From Raillietiella orientalis (taxonomy: Eukaryota), in assembly GCA_036172245.1 (NCBI GenBank), contig JAYWIR010000011.1:806001-870000 (forward strand): a DNA stretch of 64,000 nucleotides, read 5' to 3'. Both the position numbers and the translations under genes were made by a program. The notes beneath the pieces were generated by a model, which was given only the letters and a program-made list of their open reading frames with translations, made no database searches and was not told where the DNA came from. Below, piece after piece: positions 40,321-52,462 of this stretch (its first letter is position 1; every line of letters begins with the position of its first letter).

Positions 40321-40599
40321 GCTGGATCATTTTTTTTTTTTCCAGCACCAAAGTTGGCGACGAGGTTTTGATTTTTCGTTCCCTCCTCCTCCCTCCCCTC
40401 CCGAAACCCTCATCTTGAGAGTCCTCACTCGGAACCGCTGCAGCGAGACGTCCACCACGCGTTCCGGGTGCCCGCGCGTGGCCTCGTCGCGACCCAGCGG
40501 CGGGTTCCGAGCGATGGCGAGCAGATCGACCACCTAGTGACGGGTGACCCGTTCCCCGCTGTCGCCGCCGCGAACTCAGGGAACTGAAAGACTGAAAGA

Positions 40600-42060
40600 C
40601 TTGGTGGCGCCGCGTCAGGATGCAGGCTTGGGCATCCTCTAAAATGAACAGCATCGAGCTGCGGTGCAGTTTCGTATGCTGCGGCTCTGTGCCAGCATCG
40701 AGCTGCGGTGCTTACCTGCGCGCCTTCTACTTCGGCGCTGCAAGGGCAGAAAAGGACTCCTTTCGTTGCTGCCCCACTTTCGGCACACCAGGAAAAGGTT
40801 TGGCTTCCCGCTGAGGCAGCTGCCCTCGTTGCTGGAAGCCCAAAGTTGGATCTCTTGCCGCGCCATGAACATTAATGCATGGCGGCATGAATCCTTTGCA
40901 TCAAGGGCCACTTCCGAAGGAATGCGCCCGGAAGATCTTCGAGGCCTGCTACTTCTCTTGAGTCATCCCCTGGAGGAAGTCATGCAGGAGAGGAAAAAGT
41001 CGGGTCGTCTGGCCGCCACACCCCTTGCCTCAGCACTGTCTGCCCTTAGGGCAAACAATGACGTTGCCAACCGGCGGAATGGGACTTCTCCTGCACAATT
41101 GCAGGAGTGTCCGAGCTCCTTGGAGGCTGGACGATAGAGGAGCTGGTGGAAGCCGCCACTCCTCGGAATCGGGCGAAGGGCCTGTTTCGGTGGAGCGAAC
41201 ATTTAAGTGCGACCCTCAAAGAGATAGTGGTTCCCCCGTTTTGTTTGGACAGCTCCGTGTTTCCCTTGAAATGGAAACAAGATGTGCTGCTGTTTTTACA
41301 CTGGAGTCGCCACTGTAATCGGCGGCGAAGCATCGTTTCAGGGGGGAGCTGACTCACCATACTGTTTGTGGTGCGGAGAGATCGAGTCTTTTCCGCACCT
41401 CTTGCTGGACTGCGGTGACCTCCATCAACTGTGGCGAAAACTGATTTCAGCCGTCATGCCGCAGGGAGGCACCGCCATGGACGTGCTGCCACATTTCTTC
41501 AGTAGGAATAGACTTTCGGTAGGAGTGATCGTCGCAACCATATGTTGCATTCGCGCCATCGTCAAAGCCTGCTACGTCCTGGAGTTGTCAGCGTAGCGAA
41601 GAGAGACTCACCTACTTGCAGCTAAATCCATGGAGAAGGCTGCAAGGTGGTCTCTCCTTCGTGACGAGGTGAAAGAGGACATCTCCGGCATCCATTGCCG
41701 GTTTACAGACTCATAAGAACGGCGTACTCCGGTGACCCTTGTGACCTCTCGCCCACCCATATCCCATCCTTGTTCGCTCTATGGCATTCCCGGTGCTGGT
41801 ACTTATATCCTGGTGCATTGAGGTGCGATCCCAAAGACCCTTGTCTCGACCCACCCCATTCATTGTTTTTCTTTTGTTTTTGTTTGTTTGTTTTTCCCGA
41901 TCCCACATACCGTTCCGAACTCTGTTATTCCGGCCTGCGTGCCAGGAAAATTCTCTTGATCTTTGTCGAGTCGTCGGCTGGGAACCTGGTTCTCAACTGG
42001 TTTATTTTGTATTATTTTCATAATCTTATATGAAATAACGCCCCTGCTTGACCGGGTGAG
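40600..42060 (+). mobile_element. L1/Tx1-like 3' fragment with CCHC knuckle and 3' UTR
   Basis: SPYCLWCGEIESFPHLLLDC..L..LW at 41354-41434, then a T-rich UTR homologous to 48755-48930 (minus). Confidence 0.8.
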
Positions 42061-42499
42061 AAAACTCAGGGAACTTGTGGGGAGGTTGCCGTAACCAAGG
42101 CAACACAGGTAGCAGGAGAAATCCCTCGAAAAATGAGCTTCTGGACTAGGCCGGAAATAGGTTTTCAGCCAAGTGCTCCTATTGTTCGAAGAGGGGTGAG
42201 CGTGATAAAAGAATCATTACATGGTGAAAGAGGAGTAGTCCCAGGGGAATGAGGTTGCTGATGGAGTCTGCAGCCAGGATTTCCAAAACTTTTATCGTTT
42301 CGGAAGTTGGATCGTTTTTCTCTCCAGCATCCACTCTTTTGTGGACGCCCGCCGGATGCAGCCTCCTTACGGTTTGCAAAGTTCCATGAATATTCCTCTC
42401 ATCAATCAGCGCGCCCAAACGGGAACCGGAAGAGGAACACCCTCTGGTCTGTTCCCCGTACGCGGGAGCGTTCCAGAGCAGGATCCGAGCCCCCATTCT

Positions 42500-45400
42500 C
42501 TCAGGCCTTTCTTTCTTCTCCTCTCCGGGAAGAGGAAAGTCGATCTGGGACCGGAACGGCCGAAGAAGAACGGTTCCCCTCGTCCTCCGGTTCTCCACCC
42601 TTTCGCGCACGGTCGGCGCTTGCCCGAGGGAGAGGGAAAAAAAAGCACGTACACAGGAAAAGGAGCCATTCGGACGTCCCAAGTTCCCATGTGCCGAAAT
42701 CCTCTGGCGACGGGTTCATTGTCGGGCTCGACTGCGTCCGTCGCAGAAAAACATCCAGGCAGCTGCTCCATCTCCACCAAAACTGGAAGTGCTTTCTTTT
42801 TTTTTTTAGCCGTTGGCAGAGATGCTCCAGAAGATCCAGTTTCTTTTTCCATGATCTGCGAGAGCATCCGTCCGTCCATCCGCGAAACGTTCGCCGTCCT
42901 CCTTACGCTTCCTGGTGCTATCCGCAGTTTCCGAGGAGTCTGGCAATTATCTCGAGGTTCGGGAAATCCCACCAGCGATGCTCATGTCGAAGCCGGAGCT
43001 CTGGCGGAGGAAACGGGAGGCTCCCTTTCGGCCCCTACGTGCTCCTCCACTCCCGACGCTGCTGCCGCCGAGCTGTCACGTGGCCAGGAGACGTCGAGTG
43101 CGCACACGGCTTGGCGTCCATTCTGGAGCCCGGACGAGGTTTCCGGTCGCCCTCTTGGTGTGACTCGGTAGAGCCCACCGGATGGTTGTGCCGGGTTCAA
43201 AGGACACAGCTGTTTCTTCCATGAGGCCAGACTCCCCCTCCTTGGTCTTCCGAGGCGCTGCCCTGAGTCGCCAGGAGTTGATAGCCTCCTGCCGGACTGT
43301 TCGGAGCTCTGCGGTCCTCGACTCTGCGGCGGCATTCCGCGCTTGAGCCGCTCCTCCCGCGAGGCAACCTTCAAGATAGGGCGGATAGAGTGCTACCTTC
43401 AGGGCATCCCGCTGCTCTCCACAAAGTACCAGAAGCTGAGCGAGAACGAACCCCTTCCTCTTCGCCACGTGTAAAGAAGGGCCGGAAGTCCTCTCCGCCG
43501 GCGACCACCGGGGCCAGCCCTTGGAGCAGCTCCCCGCGGTCCGGCAGGACTGCGCCCACTGCAGCAGCGCGCAGATGTTCCAGGAGGAAGAGGAGCTGAA
43601 TAGTGTGGTGGGCCGTGCCTTCCGCATCGCCCAGTCTTCGGTCCAGGCAAAGGGTAGGAGACGGCCGCAAGTCCATTACTCTGGAGTGGCTAGAGGCCCT
43701 GCACAGGAAGCGTGCCCTCCTTCTCTAAGGTCAAGCCCACCAGCGCGGACATCATCACCCGGCCCTACAGGCAAGAGGGCCTTCCCGGCTTCCCCTGAAA
43801 CTCCCTTGACGAGGATCGGCTTCGGAGGCTGAGCCAGCTGGAGGTGTGGAAAGAGGAGGCGGCGGCCGTCGCCGAGCTGGTAACCTGAGGGCCTCCTGAG
43901 GGCGTCTCCTCATCGCGACGGCGCGAACGAGGCCGAACGGTGCTGCTGCTCCCGCCGCCGGGGCAAGCCGTCCGACATCGCCCTCGGGATGATGCTAAGC
44001 CCGTATCTTGCGCAACAATAAGGATACCTGCGCAGCCGAGGACAAGGAGGCCTGAAGAGGGCGGCGCGGTTCACGGTAGGGCCATCCCCAGGGAGCTCTC
44101 CCTGGTGGTGCTGAGCGACGAGCCAGTCGGGTCGTTCCTGTTGCGGCAGGGCGGCATGCGGTCAGGATGCTTCGCCTGGACTATGGGAGACCCCGGCGTG
44201 CTCCGGCCCGCGGGTACTACCCATTATCGTGCCCACGTCTCGCGGCCAGAGAATGAGGGGTCCTCGCTTGCCTTCCTTCCTCTTTCTCGTCCGCTCGTGA
44301 CCTCTGCGCCGAAGGCAATTCCCTTTCCTCTCCCACCCCTAGGGATTCGCCAAGGAGATTTTCTCTCTCTCTACTCCCTCATCATCCATCACTTGGTCAT
44401 TCCGGAGCTGCTGCCGTGCTCCCCTGGTACTGTCCAGGTACGTGCGGCACTCCTGCTCCGAGCACCCCGGGACCTGGAAACTTCGAGGACGTCGAGATGG
44501 ACATCCAGAGCATCGCGGACGTCCGAGAGCGCCGAGTGCGGGATGCACTCACAAGCTAGTCAGACCGGTTGCCATTGAGACCTGGTCCACACATCTTTGG
44601 CGGTGTAGCAAAGGAAACGCAAGATAAAAAGGTTGGAAGTCGAAGTCGCATTCCGTGCCCCACGGCGGACGTAAGTCGTCATGACCGACGCCACGTGACC
44701 TCGCGAGTATTCGCCAAGAGTTCCAGAAGACGCAAGACAGGAGGGGAAGGCTGGAGAAGAAGCTGCAAGAAAGTGCTCGAGTCGACGTCAGCACGATCAG
44801 AGAACCAACTTGCGGAATGGCGTGCTGCACCCCGAGAAGCTCTTAGGAGCGCGACCTACCGCCGAATGGACCAGAAGGCTCGGATGGGAGAGGAACGGCT
44901 CCGGGGGCAAACTGCCCCATTCGAACCGCGGACGGGGCCCAGGTCTTGGACCTCCTGCGGGCAAAAGGTGGAATCGGGAAGAATTCGCTGGAAGCGCTCC
45001 GTGGAAGCTACGGGCGCGCGACGGCTCTTGGGTCTCCCCCCGGAACGAGCGGGACGGGCAGTCTCTTGCGGCGCGCAGAGCCTGCTCGAAACTGCTGGCC
45101 GGCTCGAGCGGCCTGATGTCATCCCTGACCGGCAGGCAAGCCAAGAGGAGCGTGCGGACGTCGATCCCATCTGGAAGAGGGAGAGGGGGTACGGTCGAGA
45201 ACTCGCCAGCCAAAAAGTGGGTCTCGCAGCCAAAGGGATCCGGAGCGAAGAGCTGGCCTTGGTGACGGCGATTCCTTGCTTCTTCTTCCTCGTTCCGCGG
45301 AAGACGCGGCAATGGCTGCATCAGTGGCTGTTTTCTGGACTGATCGTTCGCGACTGCGGCTACCAGGAGCGACCGCAACAAGATGCGACGGTTCGGATTC

Positions 45401-46100
45401 ATCGTAGAGGTCCGGGACAGATTCACTCGAAGGACTCGCCAAATCTGGAAAAGCCAGAACAACCACGCGTGGTCCAAAACAGCCGGGAAGAATAAGCGGA
45501 AAGTCATTCCTCCCCCCTCTCCTCCCTCCAAAAAAGACGAAAACCACACGACATCGTCGCCATAGCTGCCGGCCGTTATGGGGCCCGGACGCGCACCTGT
45601 AGACGGTCTGGGGGAGTGACCTGCTTCCGGGCACTCGCGACGTCCTCCTCACGTTTCACCGCGTGGGGATCCTCCGAGTGGATTGAGGAACAAACGCTGG
45701 ACAGGGAACACTCAGGACCAGCTGCACTCGATATGTGGGGGCCAGAGATACCCAGCTCCAAGTGCTCACCCTCCCAACGCTGCGCCAAGGCTGGACATCG
45801 CCGAAGGCGTGGCGAGCTTGCAGACCAGCGTGAGCGTGGGATCCCTGAGGGATTTCCGTGACTGCGAAGCTCCTGTGGCGCAAGCGGCGCTGGTTGGACC
45901 TCCTCTTCACGAGAGCCTTGATGAGGAGGGCAAAGACGAGGGAGGGAAGGCGGTGTCCTCCTGGGATCGTCCCAGATTGGATCAGATGACGTCATCCAGA
46001 GGGAGACGGGAGCTGCAGCAGGGTCCCATCCTTTGGACGCATCGCAACACCTTGGAAAAGACTGAGGGCGATCGCCCAGCAGTCTCTGTTGATCGAGGGC
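42500..46100 (+). mobile_element. Decayed near-complete L1/Tx1-like ORF2
   Basis: GDGFIVGLD and SFFFHDL (APE), GIRQGDFLS (RT4, from 44342), KRERGYG (~K..GGLG); C-terminus shared with 2638-3109. Confidence 0.7.
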
Positions 46101-48331
46101 CCGAAGACAAGAATCGGAAAAGTGACACCGCTGCAGCGCTGCAGCAGTGATGTCAGAAACGGATGCAGATGTGCCGGCCGCTCCGTGCACTTGCTGTTCC
46201 CGCATGCGGATTGCGTTCCGATCCATTCACTCCTGCTCTTGAGTCGGAGTGGGGTCCACCTGAGGGTCAGCTATTCGCCCCGGACCCGCGAGAACCACCC
46301 CTGTTGCGATTCCTGGTCGCCTGGGGTCCGGCAGAGATGGCGTAGCGCCGAGGGAATCGGAAATCCCCGAGGAGCAAGCGGAGCGCATCGGGAGCAGAGA
46401 CGTCGAGTGCGTTCTAACGCGCAGCGTTCGCGGGGATGCGTGCCGGGAGAGCCTCGCGATACGGAAGAATATCAGAATTTTTGCTAGAGGAGTGAAGGAG
46501 GAAGGAAGAGAGGCAAAGAAGATGGTGGGGAAACCCCTCCCTTCCTTCGTTTTCATCCCATTTCAAACATTCCGATGCAGGCAGCGAGGGCTCCGTGAAG
46601 CGAGAAGTCTCGGGATTCGAACTCAGAACCTTTCCTCCGTCCACTGCTGGGGACAGGGGCAGATGGCGTCTCTGTGCCAAGTCTGCTTGTCCGTGGTCGT
46701 CCACATTCGCGTACATCCGGTCTCTCGGAGGCGCGCCCTGGGCGGCGCGGCAGCTAGATATCCTGGCAGCATGAGATGCTGGGCGACACCAGCCTGTCCC
46801 TACACTTTCCCAGCATTCCCAGATCTCCGTTCTTGGGGCTCCGGAATCCCGGCAGAAGGCGATCCTGACTCCTGTTTCTCCGACAGCGCGACTGTAAGCG
46901 CGTGTTGCCTATGTTTCCCCCCTAGCTCCCGGGACTCCGGGAAATGATGCCACCGTTTCCGAACATCTCCGCGGAAGATGGGAGATGAAAAAAATTTTTT
47001 TTTGGTTAAAAAAAAAAAAAAAAAACCTTTATTGAAACAAACAAACAAACACATTCTTCCCCCCTTCCCACCCGGAGTGTTGCATCCTTTTATCATCTAA
47101 GTCTTCTCCCTGCTTCGCTACTGAGGTCTTGATGAGATTCCAAGCCTACAGTGCTGGTAAGACAGGCATTTTTCATCTCCCAAGGTGCCCCCAAGGTAAA
47201 TCAGGCCGCTTGATTTATAAGGCCCTGGATTGTTTCCTTGCAAAATCAATAATCACGGCTGTGCCTTGCCACGGACCGGAAGAATTATGACAGGTCAGAT
47301 TCCTGGGAATCATTTTCGGAGTGCGGTCCAGGAATACTCAAACACCTGCGAAATGGACCTTGCGTGGGGGGGGGAGGGACGGTCGCATCGAAATTCGCTC
47401 CCGGAGGTCGAGGCGAAACTGCAGCGGGGAGGAGCGCTCCCAGAATGGGATCTCCGACTCCTCAGAGCATCCAAAGATCCCGTTGGTTTCCTTATTTCTT
47501 TTTTTTTCGAGAGAACGCCTCGATCAGGGAAGGACTGCCGCCGGCACTGCTGGACATCGCGTTCGTGAGATCCTCCTCCCCTTTCCACCACTGACCACAC
47601 CCCCCTTTCACGACCGGGGTCGATTCGAGTTGGAGCCTCGAGAGTCAGCCAGGTCTTCGCAGGTACGAAAGGCGGTTGCAGGCGCCCGCACCGCCTGCCG
47701 TGGTTCGTCCCCTCTCCGGAACGCCTTTGGCGGCCGAGCCGAACGTGTGGAAATGAGGCTGTGGCGCTGTTGTCTCGAGCTTTACGCTTCCTTCCGTGTC
47801 ACCGGGAAAGCAACTGAGCTGATGTCCTTTGCCTGGCTCTTGCAGGGACCGCCGTCGAGGACGGGCGACAGTGCTCGAGGGACACGCCCATGAGAGCGGT
47901 CGCCCGTCCTATCCTCTTCACAGCGGTAGCACGCCTTGCAGGGTAGAGACAACCGTCCCAATTACGAGGCAAGGTGCCGCGTGGTCTAGGTGACGTCTTT
48001 CTCAGAAGTGATCTTGCTCTCTGTGTGCTGAGGCTCCGCGAAATGGGAAGCGCAAAGAATTCGCGGATGCTCGGTGCTTTGTACGTCTTCATTCGCTTTC
48101 CGTGCGTTCCCCTGTTCTCTAGGCAACCTCCTGCTGCTCTGGCCACTGCCTTTTGGCCCGGGGCTGCTCACGCCTGGTTCCGCCTGAGCGTGTTTCCATG
48201 GCGATCGTTTTCGTTCGTTTTAGATCATGCGCCCTCGGCGAAAATGGAAAGAGCATCAAGAGTTCCTGTGGATGTGAATGGGAACGCGTTGCCTCTGCAC
48301 CAGGATGTAAATCCTGCTCTGCATCTGCGTG

Positions 48332-48474
48332 GTGGTTTCCCCAGAGCTACTGCAATACCGGGTCAGCCAGCATTGCAGGGGCGGAGCAAGCTTCAAACAT
48401 CCCGTCCACTCTCGAAAAGTAGTTCAGTCTACTGGCCGCCAGATGGGTGGCGTATCAGACTGATGAGAAGCGAT
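48332..48474 (-). ncRNA. U2: U2 snRNA pseudogene lacking the branch-point recognition region
   Basis: Minus strand reads ATCAG/TCTGATACG (stem IIa), a GCC..GGC stem IIb, a decayed Sm site ACTTTTCG, AGCTTGCTCC and CCCGGTATTGCAGTA (stem-loop IV), collinear with arthropod U2 as recalled. Confidence 0.9.
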
Positions 48475-48754
48475 TGAATTTAGATTTTATTTTAATTTAA
48501 ATAGGATACATAATGCAATAATATAATATAATACAATAATAAATAACAATATAGTCAGTGTAGGTCATCCTACTATTCTTTCACTCTTGTCTTCATGAAA
48601 CCTACGCTAAACGCACAGATTCCTCAATGGTGATGCATCGGTTGTTTCGGAGTCTTCCTGATTCAAGTCGGCGTCCTCTTCTGACCGCTGGCTGACCGAT
48701 GAACATCGATAACACCTTCCTGCCGATATTTCCAGAGATGCGTTTTGTGTTTGC

Positions 48755-51600
48755 GCCCGGTCACGCCGGGAAGCTTATTTAAAAGTGAACACGAGACAGG
48801 TCAGACAGCAGCAACAAAAAGTTAACGCATGCCGGCTTTCAAGGAAGTCTGGAGTGGCAGGAGGGATGGGACAACAAATGATTTAAACAAAAAGCGGTAG
48901 ATGGTAGGGACAGGGTTCTTTGGAGCGAACCACTACTTTCTTCCCGGAGCTGTCACGGCATGCTGGAGATCTCCAGGGCACTTCGTCTTCCGGGGCGATG
49001 CCGCCCACCGCTGCCGCCCTCACCAAGGCAACTGCCATGCTTGCGGCGTCCCTTCGCTGCGATCGAAACTCCAGTACGCGGCAGGGCTGCGACGATGGCG
49101 CGGATGCAGCATCTCGTCGAGATCTCAGCGGTCCTGCCGTATGTCCTCCGCGCGTGAAGGAAGCCTGCGCAGTAGGCGCTTCCTCCACGCGTCCTCCGAG
49201 CGGTGTTCTCCGGTTTGCGGACTGCCGGCGACAGTCACCTCCAGAGCTGCTCGAGGCCGCTGCAGTCCGACAGGAGGTGAGAAAACGATCCCACCGCGCC
49301 CTGCACCCGGAGCACTTTGGGGACGCCGCTTCCCCGGGAATCAGACGATTGCACTGAAATTCCCGGGACAGAACACCCTGCGGTTTCCATCGCAACGGGA
49401 ACACCGTGGTGTCTACGCGCAAGGAAAGGGTGGAGCCGCGAGTTCTTGGGAAGGAGGGACTGCCCTCTCCAGCAAAGTTCCGCCGCGCACCCGCGGCAGT
49501 GGGGCCGCCGACCTCGCTATCCGCTCGGACGCTGCTGCTCGCATGACCGCCGCGGAAGGACGTCACGGTCCGCTGCCGTCCGCCCTTCCGGACTCGGGCG
49601 AGTCGCGGAGGTGCGGGCGCGGGCGACAGCAAGCGGTAGCGGATGCAGAGAAGATCCAGGAGGGAAAAGCACCGCCAAGCGGAAGGGAAGGAGGCGTCCG
49701 GGAGAGCTGCTGGAGGCCCCCGTCGCGACGGAAGCCGGGAACGCGGGGCGCAGGACGCAGAGGAGCGCGCGCCAGGACTGCTGAGAAGGAACGGCAGTCC
49801 TTTCGCCCCTAGGAGTGCAACTCGGAGAAAGGCGGACGAATATCACGCTCGTCGCCGTAAGCCATGCGGATCCGTCGCGTCGCTGGTCGCCGCTGATGTT
49901 TCGCCCGTTTCGCTTCTCACGTGCTGGGGTCTCCATGCCCACCCTTTTTCTCTCGCCTTCTGCGGATGATGGTGGAGGGACTGGACGAGAACCGTTTCGC
50001 GTACAGCAGGCAGCGGCGACCACCGGAGAGGAAGGGAAGGAGGAGGAAGGAGTCCGGGAGAGCCACTGGTGGCGCCAGTTGCGGCGGAAGCCGGGACGCG
50101 GGGCGCAGGACGCGGAAGAGCGCGTGCCGGGACGAGCCGCGGTCGGGAAGGCTGCGGAGGAGCGGTAATCCTCTCGCTCCTGGGCCCCGACTCGGAGGGG
50201 GGAGGACGAATGTCACGCTCGTCGCCGGTCCATCGCGTCCCTGTCACCGCTGACGTTTCGCCCGTTTCGCTTCGAACGTGCTGGGGACTCCATACCCACC
50301 CTTTTTCGCTCGCCTTCCACGGATGATGGAGGGGCCTGATGAGGACCGCTGGGTGCGGGCTTCGTGGACCCCTCCGCCTGGAGGTCGCTGTCGAGGGTCA
50401 CGTCCCAGGAGGTCCCGCTCGGCGTCATACCGAGGAAGCCGGTTCGAACCGCGGCGGCGGCCTTTGTTCTCCGTCACCCCCAGAGGGTGGTGCTACGCCT
50501 CTCTGGGCCCCGCGCGCGGATGGTGGGAGGAGCGGAGGTGGCGCCGAGCCCCGGCGGAAGAGTTCCAGGGCCCGGAGACGGGAGCGCGGCTCTGCGCGGA
50601 TGGCGCTTTCTCCCTCTCCCTCCCTTCCCCTTCTCTGTGGAATCCATCTCGGTTGGGTTCGACGGAGAAGGGGGAGGGACTGTGACGGTAACGCGGCCGG
50701 TAGGAGCGTGAAAGTGCTAGCAGGAGGAACAGTGCCCCTGGGGTTACAGGAAGTTCTCGTTGCTCGTTGTCCAAGCGAAGCATCTAGACTCCGTTTCCTG
50801 GGAACGCCCCGAATCCGGTCCGCGGGGATCCGAGAGGAATCCGAAGTGGAGCGTCGGGAAACCCCTCGAGGAGTCCGTCGGCTTCTCGGACTACGTCATC
50901 CCCATCTTCTCCTACATTTTTAGGGCTGGAAAGGACGAGAACGAAACCCGCCGGCCCTGGAGGACTTTCTCGAGGGCTCCGGCGGGATGCTGCTTGCAAG
51001 AAGCGTCCCCTGAGAAGAGGAGACGTTGTTCTTCTTCCTCCTTCCCTGCCTCCTCGCATCCTGGAAGGGCGGGAAGAGGATTCCTGGGGCAGCGGGCCTC
51101 AGAGGAGTTGGGGAATGGCTTCTCCTTGGAGCTCTCCATTGTCTGCCTATCCCTTTCATCCCCCATCGCTTCCGAGGCTGCCTTCCGGACACTTGCGGAA
51201 GGCACACGCGCTCCCCTTCAGAGAGCCCCTCTCCCACGACCCTGCGACGCCTCCCACACTGCTCGCTCTGTGTGGTGCAGGAAGGCGAGGGATCCTTCCA
51301 TTCCGATGTTCCGCAGAGCAGGGGGCCTGGGAGAAGCAGGAAAGGGAGTTCTGCGGAGCCCGTGCTCCACCGAGAGCCGGGCGAGTCCTCCTCCGGGAAA
51401 GCGATGAGCACGGGGAGGAGCACGGCGGTAGCCGGGAGATCCGCTACTCAGCAGACAGCCGAGCTCCAGCATGGCCGACCACCCCTGTGGCCCCCTGGAC
51501 TCGTTCTTTCTCGGGTCCCTCCGCGGATCGCTCCCGGAGCGGAGTAGAACCGGGATGCATTGCAGCAGCGGAGAACATGGAGGAGGATGGGAATGGTCGT
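48755..51600 (-). mobile_element. Decayed L1/Tx1-like ORF2 plus 3' UTR, same family as 40600-42060
   Basis: EKPF linker, KKGGYGVP, SPKCSGC../SFSHLLSDCSGLEQLWR (compare SFPHLLLDCGDLHQLWR), and a shared 3' UTR. Confidence 0.7.
49680..50348. repeat. Tandem duplication, ~355 bp period, two diverged copies
   Basis: gtccgggagagc, cgcggggcgcaggacgc, tcacgctcgtcgccg and gtttcgcccgtttcgcttc each occur twice in the same order. Confidence 0.95.
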
Positions 51601-51749
51601 TAGAGATTAAGAGAGTGGGGCGGAGGGGGGGAAGATGAGGAGGAGGTGCTCATAGGGGTGAGAACTCTGAAGCCCTCTGCGTCCTGGAAAAAAGTTCCAG
51701 GTGGTGCAAGACGCCCTGGTTTCCCTTCGACAAATTCATTTGCCCGAAT

Positions 51750-52462
51750 TGGCGGCCGTGTGGCTGCGGCCTCCGCGCGCTCAGCACCGGCCGTCGCAGG
51801 TGACAATCCCTCCCGGGGAAGGGTCAATGAAAGAGAAATGGGGGGTGAGTCGTGGGTTTTCGAGTTCTCCACGCAGCACAACGCTGGTTGGCCTGTGGAC
51901 TTCAGGTGAGGCACTAATGGAAGCAGGTGGAAATCCCCGGATGCTCCCCTTGACTAGCCGGGATCAAGAGTGGACCCTCCGGGATCCTCGCACGAATCAA
52001 GTAGCCGATTACCTTTGGGATTTTTCCCCCTCCGTCCATGAAGTTGGAGCTTCCATCACGTACCACGGAGCTGGATGATGTCAATCTTGGGCATCGTGCC
52101 TCCCGAGTGCAAGAAGCGCTCTGCTCCCTTCAGGGTTCTTATCAGAGGAAGAAACCAGGAGTGATTCCATCGAGGGTTCCCTCCGGAGAAGATATTCCAG
52201 GAGCGTCCCCCTCCGGCGGGTCCGTCCAGAGAGAACGAGGAAGAGGTTCCCTTCGGGGACAACCGGAGCATGGACTTCCTTCGGAGACAACCAGGGAAAG
52301 GGTTCCCTTCGGGGTTCTCCTCCCAAGCGTAAGAGGAACGAACTCCTTCCTCCGGAGCTTTCTTGGCTTCACAGGGTAATCCCCTACCGGGGTCACTCCC
52401 TATAACTCGAAGGGTGACACGTACCCTTGAGTGGCGTGGATCACATCGAAGAGCTTCATGAT
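51750..52462 (+). mobile_element. tRNA-headed SINE-like repeat, copy E
   Basis: Reverse complement of copies A/B/D; decayed B-box GGTGACAATCC; gtcgtgggttttcgagttctcc is shared exactly with copy D. Confidence 0.8.

Noticed and set aside
46600..46660. Lone B-box-like GAGTTCGAATCC on the minus strand (also gttcgaaccc at ~289)
   Set aside because: No cloverleaf and no match to the SINE core; cannot be called a tRNA gene.
50336..50360. CTGATGAG hammerhead core (also at ~21370, 23373, 23670, 48460)
   Set aside because: No stem II followed by GAAA; the 48460 instance is the antisense of the U2 relic.
52135..52145. gttcttatcag, an 11 nt U2 match
   Set aside because: Lies inside SINE copy E and is too short to be meaningful.
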